Positions 10,566 through 19,911 of a stretch of DNA of 54,288 nucleotides are shown in pieces (the stretch's first letter is position 1; each line of letters starts with the position of its first letter). Below the pieces are notes generated by a model. The model made no database searches and was not told the DNA's origin. It saw nothing but the letters and a program-made list of their open reading frames with translations. The position numbers were made by a program, and so were the translations under genes. Source of the DNA: a virus (taxonomy: Duplodnaviria; Heunggongvirae; Uroviricota; Caudoviricetes); IMG/VR virus record IMGVR_UViG_2585427966_000002. The stretch is one strand, 5' to 3'.

Positions 10566-11327
10566 ATGGAGACTGTTTTTGACGCACTGAAAGCAATGGG
10601 GAAAGCTACGTCGGTAGAACTGGCTGCGCGACTTGATATCAGTCGTGAAGAAGTGCTGAACGAGCTGTGGGAACTGAAAAAGGCTGGCTTCGTTGATAAA
10701 AGCGTATACACCTGGCGCGTGGCTGATAACAACGTTCAGCAGGAACAGCCAGAGCAGGCAGAACTGCCGGAAGAAACCACCACGGCAACAGTCGCAAAAA
10801 TTTCGGAGTGCGATTTAACTGCGACGATTGAACAACGTGGCCCACAAACGGCGGATGAACTGGCTACGTTTTTCGGCATCACATCACGCAAAGTGGCTTC
10901 AACGCTGGCAATGGCAATCAGTAAAGGTCGTCTGATTCGCGTTAATCAGAACGGTAAATTTCGTTACTGCATGCCGGGCGATAATTTACCAGCAGAGCCG
11001 AAAGCTGCATCGGTAACGGAAACTGATGGTAAAGCCTTTCCTCAACCAGCAGGTGTTGCGTTACCGGGACAGGAAGCTGCAACACAGGAAGATATTAAAA
11101 CAGAAACTGTGGCGGACATTGTGCAGTCGTTGCCATCGTTTACCGAAACGCGAGCGGATGACCTCGTTCTGCCATCGCTGCATATGGCAAACCGCGAACT
11201 GCGTCGGGCGAAAAATCATGTCCAGAAGTGGGAGCGTGTCTGCGCCGCGCTGCGGGAGCTGAACAAGCACCGGGATATTGTTCGACAGATTACTGATTCT
11301 TCTCGCTGTGTTGCATCGGAAAAGTGA
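10566..11327 (+). CDS. ydaW: YdaW-like protein, intact (253 aa; track ORF starts 10515)
   Basis: Start chosen at [12 protein letters not shown] with GGGAGA upstream; N-terminal winged-helix-like region. Confidence 0.6.
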   Translation: METVFDALKAMGKATSVELAARLDISREEVLNELWELKKAGFVDKSVYTWRVADNNVQQEQPEQAELPEETTTATVAKISECDLTATIEQRGPQTADELATFFGITSRKVASTLAMAISKGRLIRVNQNGKFRYCMPGDNLPAEPKAASVTETDGKAFPQPAGVALPGQEAATQEDIKTETVADIVQSLPSFTETRADDLVLPSLHMANRELRRAKNHVQKWERVCAALRELNKHRDIVRQITDSSRCVASEK

Positions 11328-11765
11328 TTGCCGGAGGCGCTTATGGCAAAAGTATTTACACCAGAAGAGCGGGAAAAAATTAAAGGGCAGGTTGTTGAAC
11401 TTGTACGTCTGAGCGGTCGCGAGACGTTACGGCAACTGGAAGCCAAGACAGGTGCGACAAGATATCTGATGAGTGTTCTCGCCAGTGAGCTGGTTGCCAG
11501 TGGCGATGTATACAACTCTGGTTACGGGTTATTCCCGTCTGAACAGGCGCGTAAAGACTGGCAAAACGCCCGCAAAAAACTATCGAGGGCAAAGGTGAAG
11601 AAACCTGCTGTAGTTGATCCGGACCTTATCTGGTCATTACCAGACGGAGAAATACGCCGCTATGACAGGCGTCTGAATATAATCTGTCGCGAGTGCCGGA
11701 AGAGCGAAGTCATGCAGCGTGTACTGGCGTTCTATCAGGGTAATTTTCAGGATGTGCTGTTGTGA
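11328..11765 (+). CDS. Hypothetical phage protein (145 aa)
   Basis: Track ORF; start overlaps ydaW stop; a diverged copy of its 3' end recurs at 52561-52690. Confidence 0.5.
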   Translation: MPEALMAKVFTPEEREKIKGQVVELVRLSGRETLRQLEAKTGATRYLMSVLASELVASGDVYNSGYGLFPSEQARKDWQNARKKLSRAKVKKPAVVDPDLIWSLPDGEIRRYDRRLNIICRECRKSEVMQRVLAFYQGNFQDVLL

Positions 11766-11925
11766 GCCAAATTAACAATCAGGGAACTGCGTGAACTGAA
11801 AGAGAAATCATAATCCAAATCTGAATAATTAAATTTAGCACTGTAAATAAAATTTAATCCTTAACCGGAGGGGGGGCTGCACCCTCAAAATATTAGGAGG
11901 CGGCCCGAAAGGGCGGTAATGAAAA

Positions 11926-12105
11926 ATGACTGAATTAACCAAAAAGCAATTAATCGAAGAAGCTAAATTAAAAATAGCGATTGAGAAATGCCACCCCAAT
12001 TCAGGGATGGCACGGGTAGAGGGCGAATTATTCAAAATTGCTCTGGCATCGCTGGAAGCAGAGCCAGTTGGTGATTTTTATGAATACAAACCGGATGACT
12101 GGTAG
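11926..12105 (+). CDS. Hypothetical small protein (59 aa)
   Basis: My reading: MTELTKKQLIEEAKLKIAIEKCHPNSGMARVEGELFKIALASLEAEPVGDFYEYKPDDW; weak RBS. Confidence 0.3.
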   Translation: MTELTKKQLIEEAKLKIAIEKCHPNSGMARVEGELFKIALASLEAEPVGDFYEYKPDDW

Positions 12106-12171
12106 CAGCGTTCGGCTGGAGATAAAGCGCCAAAATGGACGCCACCCTATGCCGTTTTTCCAGCGCCCGTA

Positions 12172-12429
12172 GTGCCGGAAGAAATGGATTTGCTTACATG
12201 CCATCTCGATGGTGTAACTGAAACATATGCTGAGGGATGGAACGCTTGCCGCGCTGCCCTGCTTCAGGGCAAAGGGGAGCCCGGGAAACAAGTTCGCGAA
12301 TTGACAATGCTGGTTAAACAATTGGTTAGTCAACTGAAGAAAGCGAAACCGGGCTGCAAATTGCCGGATAAAGTGATGGACTACCTGGAGCGAAGCGGAC
12401 TTATAAGCGTGGAGGATGTTTCACGATGA
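12172..12429 (+). CDS. Hypothetical protein (85 aa, non-ATG start in track)
   Basis: Track ORF only; the start codon is uncertain. Confidence 0.3.
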   Translation: MPEEMDLLTCHLDGVTETYAEGWNACRAALLQGKGEPGKQVRELTMLVKQLVSQLKKAKPGCKLPDKVMDYLERSGLISVEDVSR

Positions 12430-12509
12430 CCTGGACTGAAGCATTCACAACGGTAGGAATTGCGATGGCGGTGGCGCTGGTTGTGTATTCGATTTGCCGC
12501 TGGGGATAA
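12426..12509 (+). CDS. Candidate 27-aa hydrophobic peptide (MTWTEAFTTVGIAMAVALVVYSICRWG)
   Basis: ATG overlaps the stop of the preceding ORF (TGATG); single predicted TM helix; not in track (<60 aa). Confidence 0.25.
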   Translation: MTWTEAFTTVGIAMAVALVVYSICRWG

Positions 12510-12562
12510 AAACGATTTGCGGGAAAAGGATAGTTAAGTAGAATTGCTGCGGGTGCTTGAGG

Positions 12563-12598
12563 CTATCTGCCTTGGGCATGAACACCAAAGGCAGATAG
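12563..12598. repeat. Perfect 11-bp inverted repeat (CTATCTGCCTT ... AAGGCAGATAG) with 14-nt spacer
   Basis: Read directly; no T-tract follows, so not a classic terminator; lies at the left edge of the low-GC cassette. Confidence 0.6.
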
Positions 12599-12819
12599 AG
12601 AAAAACCCACCCGACTATAAATCAAAGTGTATTACCCCCATTTGTTGGACGATGAAATGGGTTTAGTTAACTATGTCGGTATCGACATGACTAAAACAAC
12701 CTTAAATTGCTCGATTAATAGACAAGTAGTTTTGAAAGATTAAATTTATGCGATCCGGTATTTTCAAGGGATAGCCTTTATGAGGTTATCTTATGGGGTT
12801 AAAACATCAAGAACAGTTG

Positions 12820-12828
12820 TGTTATAAT
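12820..12828 (+). promoter_or_regulatory. Extended -10 promoter element (TGTTATAAT) upstream of the methyltransferase gene
   Basis: TGnTATAAT about 32 bp upstream of the ATG at 12861; -35 weak. Confidence 0.35.
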
Positions 12829-12860
12829 ACATAGAAACTAATAAGAGACGTTGCAACTAT

Positions 12861-14012
12861 ATGAATGTAATAGATTTGTTTTCTGGCGTTGGAGGTCTAA
12901 GTCTTGGTGCTGCACGTGCTGGATTTGATGTTAAAATGGCAGTTGAAATTGATCAACATGCTATTAATACTCACGCAATTAATTTTCCAAGAAGTTTGCA
13001 CGTCCAAGAAGATGTTTCTTTACTAAATGCAGAAATAATTAAGGGTTTTTTTAAAAACGATATGCCCATAGATGGTATTATTGGCGGTCCTCCGTGCCAA
13101 GGATTTAGTTCAATAGGCAAGGGGAATCCTGATGATAGCAGGAATCAGCTTTACATGCATTTCTACCGTTTAGTATCAGAATTACAGCCATTATTCTTTT
13201 TGGCAGAAAATGTTCCAGGTATTATGCAAGAGAAATATTCTGGCATTAGAAATAAAGCATTTAATTTGGTTAGCGGTGATTATGATATTCTTGATCCCAT
13301 CAAGGTAAAAGCATCTGATTATGGTGCTCCAACTATTCGAACTAGATATTTTTTTATCGGTGTAAAAAAATCATTGAAGCTTGATATTTCAGATGAAGTA
13401 TTTATGCCTAAAATGATTGATCCGGTTACTGTAAAAGATGCTTTGTATGGATTACCAGATATTATCGATGCCAATTGGCAATCAGACTCTGAGAGTTGGC
13501 GAACAATTAAAAAAGATCGAAAAGGGGGATTTTATGAAAAATTATGGGGGCAGATCCCTCGGAATGTTGGTGATACAGAATCGATCGCTAAGTTAAAAAA
13601 TAATATCATATCTGGATGTACCGGAACATTACATAGCAAAATCGTCCAAGAGCGTTATGCTTCCTTATCTTTTGGGGAAACTGATAAAATTTCAAGATCT
13701 ACAAGATTAGATCCAAATGGTTTTTGCCCGACTTTAAGGGCGGGAACCGCTAGAGATAAAGGAAGCTTTCAAGCCGTCAGGCCGATCCACCCTTATCATC
13801 CAAGAGTGATTACACCAAGAGAAGCTGCTAGATTACAAGGCTTCCCTGATTGGTTTCGCTTTCATGTAACTAAATGGCATAGTTTCAGACAAATAGGAAA
13901 TAGCGTGTCACCAATAGTTGCTGAATATATATTAAAGGGGCTGTACAATTTATTAAATAAAAGAGTACAGCCCGAATATTTAAACCATAATTCTTTGGAA
14001 GTTAGGGTATAA
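12861..14012 (+). CDS. DNA (cytosine-5)-methyltransferase (383 aa)
   Basis: Motif I FSGVGGLSLG, motif IV GGPPCQGFS (catalytic Cys), motif VI ENVPGI, C-terminal QIGNSVSP; AT-rich codon usage. Confidence 0.9.
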   Translation: MNVIDLFSGVGGLSLGAARAGFDVKMAVEIDQHAINTHAINFPRSLHVQEDVSLLNAEIIKGFFKNDMPIDGIIGGPPCQGFSSIGKGNPDDSRNQLYMHFYRLVSELQPLFFLAENVPGIMQEKYSGIRNKAFNLVSGDYDILDPIKVKASDYGAPTIRTRYFFIGVKKSLKLDISDEVFMPKMIDPVTVKDALYGLPDIIDANWQSDSESWRTIKKDRKGGFYEKLWGQIPRNVGDTESIAKLKNNIISGCTGTLHSKIVQERYASLSFGETDKISRSTRLDPNGFCPTLRAGTARDKGSFQAVRPIHPYHPRVITPREAARLQGFPDWFRFHVTKWHSFRQIGNSVSPIVAEYILKGLYNLLNKRVQPEYLNHNSLEVRV

Positions 14013-14969
14013 CCTATAGTATTTATAATAGTTATCCCGTTCATTTTCGTTTAAAGAGAACTCTTCAGCGGCTGCCTGATATGCTTCTTTATCAGGCAGT
14101 TTACTATCTAAATTTATCTTTTCTTTAATTGTTAGTGTTGGTATTGCTATTTCTTGCACGTCTTCCCAATTTGTTGAATAAAATTGCCAGTTAGAAAGGT
14201 CGCATGCCTTAGATAACTCTATATATTCTTGTTCTGAGGAGAAAAAACCTGATATTGTCAACATGGTATGACTGCCATCATTATATTGATTTAAGGATAA
14301 TGGGTAATACTGAATCTTATCCTTACGTCCTGAAAGACCACGTTCTATTGCTGATCTAAAAGCGTTTGTAATAATTCGTATTAAAAGAGCTTTAATCTTA
14401 CGATCTGAAAGATCTGCATTTGATATCTGAAGATTAAAATCAAGATACTTTTTCCCAAGCAATGATTTTAATGAATTAATAAAAGCTTCTTTAAAAATAT
14501 CTAAACTTTCTCCAACTCTACGTTGGTAATAAGAACTAGGATTTATGGGGAAGGTGACCTTCAAAATATCAAAAGAGCTTACTTTAGTACTTAGTAAGTG
14601 TATATCATCTAGATCCGTTTGTATTTTTTTCGGGGAGGCATAGTCTAACCATGTTATTGATGGTTTAGAAAAACTATAATCAAGAATAAAGTCATGAGCT
14701 GATATTAGCTTACAATCAATACAATTATAAGGCAAATTATATTTTTGTCTGATGTGAGTAGACTCTTGTTCTTCGAGAGAAATCATATCAGAAAGAGCGA
14801 TACGATTATGCATGATTCTAAAATCTTCAAGCATCGGACCACCAAAACCTATATATGTATATTCTTGAATATTTAGTCTTTTGCTTAAGAGGTTTAGGCT
14901 TTCGAGAAAAATCTCTCTATCAATAGACTTATTATGCCTTAAGTGATAGGGAATGTATTGTCCAGACAT
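13980..14969 (-). CDS. Hypothetical protein (329 aa), partner of the GHKL ATPase
   Basis: ATG overlaps the upstream GHKL gene stop (ATGA), GAGGTG RBS; 3' end overlaps the MTase 3' end by 33 bp, convergent; no motifs recognised. Confidence 0.7.
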   Translation of the reverse strand: MSGQYIPYHLRHNKSIDREIFLESLNLLSKRLNIQEYTYIGFGGPMLEDFRIMHNRIALSDMISLEEQESTHIRQKYNLPYNCIDCKLISAHDFILDYSFSKPSITWLDYASPKKIQTDLDDIHLLSTKVSSFDILKVTFPINPSSYYQRRVGESLDIFKEAFINSLKSLLGKKYLDFNLQISNADLSDRKIKALLIRIITNAFRSAIERGLSGRKDKIQYYPLSLNQYNDGSHTMLTISGFFSSEQEYIELSKACDLSNWQFYSTNWEDVQEIAIPTLTIKEKINLDSKLPDKEAYQAAAEEFSLNENERDNYYKYYRLYPNFQRIMV

Positions 14970-16360
14970 CACTTCACCTCTTCAATCACCGTATCAAAGC
15001 ATTGCATCCCCACATCAGAAGCGCTAGCATCTTCATGTCCAAAGAAATATTTAGATAAAATTTTAACATCTTCTTTCTCTCTGGTGAAGATTATTCGTAC
15101 AGTAGAGCTTTTTTTTACTGGGGTAGGCAGCTTAGGTGTATATCGCCACTCATTTTTGTTTCTATTAGGGTTGGACCAGTTATTTTTTTTATCTTCTGGA
15201 GTTGATTGTGGGGTAATTTCAAATAAAGATTGAGCTTCATGTGACTGAGCTGACTTAAGTAATTTTTTCCCTTCTTCAAGATGCTCACCTTTCCACTGAT
15301 TGGTGAATCGAATAAAATGCATCATCCCTTCAATCATTTTATTTCGTACATCATTGTACAATGTAGAACTAAGATCGACACCTCGTTTCGTTGTTGTTAT
15401 TGGTAATTTTTCTGGGTTTTTACTGGTAAAGCGAACAACCCCAGAAATTGCTATAAATTGGGTATGAAACCTTGGTACATTAGCAAAGCCCCAACCTGTG
15501 AGATGTGTCTTATCACAATATAGAACAACGCGGTCATTGCAAATGACAGTCCATCCAGCATCATCAGAACTCCTTTTTTCTAAAACATCATCATTGTCAT
15601 CTTCTAAATTTTTATAGAAGCCAACAACTAAATCGATATCAACATCGTCTATTTTAGCTTTATATATGTATGGTTCTATTTTAGAATGATCAGTTATGAT
15701 GTTAATCGGATTATGTTCAACAACAACTCCATTTAATTCTATTTTAAATCCTTTTTGAATAATAAATGACAATGAGTGTTTTATCTGTAAAAAGAGATCA
15801 GTAAGATATGTGCTCTCATTAAATTTTTGTGCCACATTAGAATGGAGTTTTTTTATCTCTATAGTTGTGCCTGTTGGATTTTTGTTATCATAGTCACTCT
15901 CGTGCATCGGTATTTTCCAACCATCACCATCGATCCAATCAGGTGTTATATCTACAGTGAATGCGCCATCGGGATTATTCGATTGTATTGAGCAATCTCT
16001 ACCCATTTTAAAAATGGCTCTTTTCATACCAATACCATAGACGCCAACGGTGCCTTCATTTTCTTCTTCTTTTTGATGGGGTCGTCCCATTTTAAAAGCA
16101 TATTCTCGGAAGCTTTTAGGGATACCTCCGCAATTGTCTTCTATAATAAAGACATCTTTATTAATCGTAAGTTTCGCATAAAATCCTTCATATGGTTTTG
16201 AAGTTTTTTTTGTGTCTTTTATTGTACGTAAAGCCCCATCGACGCAGTTATCAAGCAGATCAAGTATGGCATCGTTTAAGTCGATATCTCGAGTTAGCAT
16301 ACTTACAAAAAATCTTTTACTAGGACTAAAGTCTGCTGTTGGAGTCGTGTTCTCAGTCAT
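14969..16360 (-). CDS. GHKL-family ATPase (Bergerat fold; MutL/MORC/Hsp90-like N-terminal domain), 463 aa
   Basis: N-box DLLDNCVDGA, G1 box IEDNCGGIP, G2 box GVYGIGMKRAIFKMG in the N-terminal ~130 aa; C-terminal ~300 aa unassigned. Confidence 0.8.
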   Translation of the reverse strand: MTENTTPTADFSPSKRFFVSMLTRDIDLNDAILDLLDNCVDGALRTIKDTKKTSKPYEGFYAKLTINKDVFIIEDNCGGIPKSFREYAFKMGRPHQKEEENEGTVGVYGIGMKRAIFKMGRDCSIQSNNPDGAFTVDITPDWIDGDGWKIPMHESDYDNKNPTGTTIEIKKLHSNVAQKFNESTYLTDLFLQIKHSLSFIIQKGFKIELNGVVVEHNPINIITDHSKIEPYIYKAKIDDVDIDLVVGFYKNLEDDNDDVLEKRSSDDAGWTVICNDRVVLYCDKTHLTGWGFANVPRFHTQFIAISGVVRFTSKNPEKLPITTTKRGVDLSSTLYNDVRNKMIEGMMHFIRFTNQWKGEHLEEGKKLLKSAQSHEAQSLFEITPQSTPEDKKNNWSNPNRNKNEWRYTPKLPTPVKKSSTVRIIFTREKEDVKILSKYFFGHEDASASDVGMQCFDTVIEEVK

Positions 16361-16422
16361 AATTTACTCTCTATGTGTTTGGGAAAATAAATACCTTAAG
16401 TGCAAATTGTTGATTTTAAACG

Positions 16423-16436
16423 CTTCGCATGCGAAG
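16423..16436. promoter_or_regulatory. Perfect 14-bp palindrome CTTCGCATGCGAAG overlapping a TTGACT -35-like hexamer for the minus-strand GHKL operon
   Basis: Read directly; about 65-75 bp upstream of the GHKL ATG at 16360. Confidence 0.4.
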
Positions 16437-16859
16437 TCAACGATGTTAAGAAAGAAAGTGCATGTGATCTAACAGTATGTTTTTAAAAAAAGATTAGCTT
16501 TATGAGAATTCAGGACTGAATCCCGTGAGAGGAAAATAACATATGTTATTGTTGCATTGCTGTGTTGTTTGGGATTTGTTGCACCATTCTGGCGTTGGTA
16601 TATCTAGTTCGTTGTTCATTTTGTTAATTGTACAACAGGCAGACAACAGAGAGCTTTTAGCCTAGTTAGCTTACGAAATTAAACAACTAAGATTATCGGC
16701 GGGGAGTGGTCACCGCTACTCTTTGGCTAGGAGACTTCAACGCAACCGCACACAACCAGCTTCGGCGGGTTTTGTTTTTTCCTGGCATTCTGGTTTACAA
16801 TTTGCGTGCTAGCTTGAACAACTGGCATCTGCTGCACTGCGCCATCGAGAGATTGAGAA

Positions 16860-17459
16860 ATGGCGCATATACAACTGGTCAAACAAACTTCTTCTGGTTT
16901 ACTTCTCCCGGCGACGCCGGAGAGTTGCGATTTTCTGCATCAAATCAAAATAGGTGAGTGGATACACGCAGATTTTAAGCGTGTGCGTAACTACGCATTC
17001 CACAAGCGTTTTTTCAAACTCCTGCAACTGGGATTCGATTACTGGACTCCGGTCGGTGGGGCGATCACGCCTCGCGAACGAGAACTGCTGTCTGGTTTCG
17101 TTGATTACCTGTGCGAATCAGTTGGTCGGGAACACACGCCAGCCCTGAGTGATGCCGCAGAGCAATACCTTAACACCGTTGCGACTCGTAGAACCCGGGA
17201 TACGGCGTTGCTAAAGTCGTTTGAGGCTTTCCGCGAGTGGGTAACCATTCAGGCCGGATTTTACACCGAGCATATTTATCCGGACGGTAGCCGTGGGCGT
17301 CGGGCAAAATCCATCGCTTTTGCGAATATGGACGAAGTCGAGTTTCAGCAGGTTTATAAATCTGTACTGAATGTGCTGTGGAACTGGATTCTGTTCCGTA
17401 AATTCTCCTCTCAGGAGGAAGTTGAAAATGTGGCCGCACAACTACTGGAGTTTGCGTAA
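16860..17459 (+). CDS. Nin-region phage protein (199 aa), possibly DUF1367-like
   Basis: Track ORF; position immediately upstream of the ybcO-like gene; family assignment from memory only. Confidence 0.55.
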   Translation: MAHIQLVKQTSSGLLLPATPESCDFLHQIKIGEWIHADFKRVRNYAFHKRFFKLLQLGFDYWTPVGGAITPRERELLSGFVDYLCESVGREHTPALSDAAEQYLNTVATRRTRDTALLKSFEAFREWVTIQAGFYTEHIYPDGSRGRRAKSIAFANMDEVEFQQVYKSVLNVLWNWILFRKFSSQEEVENVAAQLLEFA

Positions 17460-17749
17460 TGGTGAATTTACGTAAAGCGGCTAAAGGCCAGATATGCCAG
17501 ATCAGAATCCCTGGCTACTGCAATCACAATCCCGAAACCTCTGTGCTGGCGCATTACAGGCTGGCGGGGACGTGCGGAACAGCGACAAAACCACACGATA
17601 TGCAGGCGGCGATAGCCTGTAGCTCATGCCACGATCTAATCGACGGGCGGGTAAAAACCAGCGATTACACCAAAGAAGAATTGCGCCTGATGCATGCTGA
17701 AGGGGTTTTTCGCACACAAGAAATCTGGAGAAAGAAAGGTCATTTATGA
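17459..17749 (+). CDS. YbcO-like protein (DUF1364; Cys/His-rich, putative nuclease), 96 aa
   Basis: Similarity to remembered DLP12 YbcO (LRKAA.G..CQ.RIPG.CN.NPETSVLAH.R); ATG overlaps upstream stop. Confidence 0.7.
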   Translation: MVNLRKAAKGQICQIRIPGYCNHNPETSVLAHYRLAGTCGTATKPHDMQAAIACSSCHDLIDGRVKTSDYTKEELRLMHAEGVFRTQEIWRKKGHL

Positions 17750-18288
17750 TTTACCCAACGAATACAGGAAAAAGCGGAGAACACCTTCGCCTCACCACGC
17801 TGGAAAGTGTCTGGATTCAGGGAAAACTACGTATGTGGGGGCGCTGGTCGTATATTGGCGGTGGCAGGTCAGGGAATATGTTCAATCAGTTGTTGGCATC
17901 CAAAAAACTGACGAAAACAGCCATTAATGAAGCCCTGCGCAGAATGAAAAAAGCGGGAATAGAGAAAGCTGAGCTGGAAGCGTTTTTGCGAGAGATGATC
18001 AACGGCAAGCAAAAGAGCTGGCTGGCGCATTGTACTGATGCAGAGGCGTTATGTATTGATCGAGTCATAAGTGAGGTGCTGGCAGAGCATCCAGGATTGA
18101 TTTGCATTCTCCGGCAACGCTATGAAGGGCGGGGGATGACTAAGCGCAAAATGGCTGAATTGCTAAATGATGCACACCCAGAGTGGTGTTTTAGCACATG
18201 CGAAAAACGGATTGCTAATTGGTTAGCTGTTGCTGAGTATGCCCTATATATTCCCATGCGTGAATCATTTGCTGAGAAAATGGCTTGA
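17746..18288 (+). CDS. Putative late-gene antiterminator (Q-like), 180 aa
   Basis: Position: last gene before a strong hairpin terminator and the lysis cassette; sequence not matched to a specific Q family. Confidence 0.45.
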   Translation: MIYPTNTGKSGEHLRLTTLESVWIQGKLRMWGRWSYIGGGRSGNMFNQLLASKKLTKTAINEALRRMKKAGIEKAELEAFLREMINGKQKSWLAHCTDAEALCIDRVISEVLAEHPGLICILRQRYEGRGMTKRKMAELLNDAHPEWCFSTCEKRIANWLAVAEYALYIPMRESFAEKMA

Positions 18289-18365
18289 TTTCTTACGTAT
18301 AAACTGCTTCAATTTTGCTATGCTTCGTAAAGCTGTATCGCGAGGCGGATTGCAGACATGGACAT

Positions 18366-18397
18366 CGTAAAAAAACCGCTCAATGCGGTTTTTTTAC
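18366..18397. terminator. Symmetric hairpin flanked by A- and T-tracts (tR'-like)
   Basis: aaaaaccgc-tcaat-gcggttttttt read directly, 80 bp downstream of the Q-like gene. Confidence 0.55.
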
Positions 18398-18715
18398 GTC
18401 AGGAAAGCAGGGGAGAATGCTGCTAGTTGGGCAACTGGTCTTTCTGCTCCAAATTATAACAGAGACCAGTTATAGTTTCGGTGCTGTGTTTTTTTTACAA
18501 TATTGTGATAACACATTGCTGGCGGGAGTTTTGATATTTCTTGGCAGGGGCTGATGATGCGTTATCCTGATGTCGTCAACTCATATAAAATGAGATGAGA
18601 GATCATTGCAGGGTGGTTTGTAATTCGCTGTTTAGCGGGACAATATGTTGTCTGATACAAGACACCCGACGCCTCAGATTACTATAATAAAGACGAAGCA
18701 TCCTTTGTATTGACC

Positions 18716-18742
18716 AACCGCCTGTTTAGGCGGTTCTTTTTG
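18716..18742 (+). terminator. Rho-independent terminator (aaccgcc-tgttta-ggcggtt-cttttt)
   Basis: 7-bp GC-rich stem and T-tract read directly. Confidence 0.55.
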
Positions 18743-19332
18743 GGCTGGTTTATTGTATGCCAAATGATTATTAAAAAGGTTGTGTTAATAACAAAATCCG
18801 AAATAATATGCCTGCATATTTTTATCTTGCTTATATTCTGCATATTGTGCATAGCAGGCTCATCCCTGCAATCAAAACTGTATGATGAGTATTTTTTGTT
18901 TTCCTTTTTTCCAGTCATCTGATGATGACCTGCTTCTTTTTAATCCGGATCGACATCAGTTTTTTAAGATAATTCCTGCGAGTTATATGCATAAATACCA
19001 CAAACTCCGCATTTTATGTGGTTGGGAGTTGCCGGGCGCGCAGTGAGTTTGCTAAGAAAACTCCTGCATGGTGAATCCCCCTGTGCGGTGGGGTGATACC
19101 ATTAACCTTTTCTGTCGCCGACAGGTATCACGAACATTTTGTTCACCGGGAGGCACCCGGCACCATGCACTTCAATAGATTCTCTCCACATTATGGATAT
19201 TCTTTCAGAATATCCCACGCAGACTTTGTGTAAATGTTAACAAATGTGCGTTTTATTTGATCTGATTCGCTGTTTGAGCGTCCAAAACAACGGTATATAT
19301 AATCCTTTACTATATGACATATGTGAGGAAAA

Positions 19333-19761
19333 ATGGGTTTTCGTAGCGCATCAATTCTTACGTTGATTATTAGTGGGATTATTATCGGGTGCACTGATGC
19401 TGTATCGACAAATTATCATGACCGTACATCATATTACTCCGATAAAGCAATAGAGACACAGTATGTGAGTTCATCTGAACGTACTTCTGATGTTAGTGAG
19501 GATATCCGTCTGTATGCCCATCAAATCAAGAGCGCCATCGAAAAACAGTTCGGGGATGCGAGTAAGTATTCAGGAAAAGAGTGTACACTGAGAATGCATA
19601 TGGCCCCGAATGGCCTTCTACTGGAGGTTAAAAGAGAAAGTGGAGACCTCGATTTATGTCGTGAAGCGATGAATGCGATAAAGAATGCTGATATACCTGC
19701 CCCCCCTTCGCCGGAAGTATATAAAGTATTTCAAAATGGGGTGCTGGATTTTAAACCCTGA
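19333..19761 (+). CDS. Lipoprotein with TolA C-terminal (domain III)-like region, 142 aa
   Basis: Signal peptide with lipobox IIGC; C-terminus (YAHQIKSAIEKQF...CTLRMHMAPNGLLLEVK...PPSPEVYKVFQNGVLDFKP) resembles the E. coli TolA C-terminus as I recall it. Confidence 0.75.
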   Translation: MGFRSASILTLIISGIIIGCTDAVSTNYHDRTSYYSDKAIETQYVSSSERTSDVSEDIRLYAHQIKSAIEKQFGDASKYSGKECTLRMHMAPNGLLLEVKRESGDLDLCREAMNAIKNADIPAPPSPEVYKVFQNGVLDFKP

Positions 19762-19911
19762 TATTTATTGTTTTGTAATAAACGGTTTCGGCTTAGGTTT
19801 GTTCTGACACAGCTACGGCACTGAGCTAAATTTAGCGGATAGTCAGCTCTGAGCCAGTGGCGGACGTAACAACTACTATTGCTGAGATTTTAATGGATTG
19901 AGGAGCAAGAA

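Noticed and set aside
12861-14012. Dcm/Vsr-type pairing of the C5-methyltransferase with a very-short-patch repair endonuclease
   Set aside because: No small Vsr-like ORF flanks the MTase; the neighbouring genes are the GHKL ATPase pair instead.
18289-19330. tRNA genes downstream of Q, as in some Stx phages
   Set aside because: No cloverleaf-compatible sequence recognised by eye; the interval instead shows terminator hairpins and AT-rich DNA.
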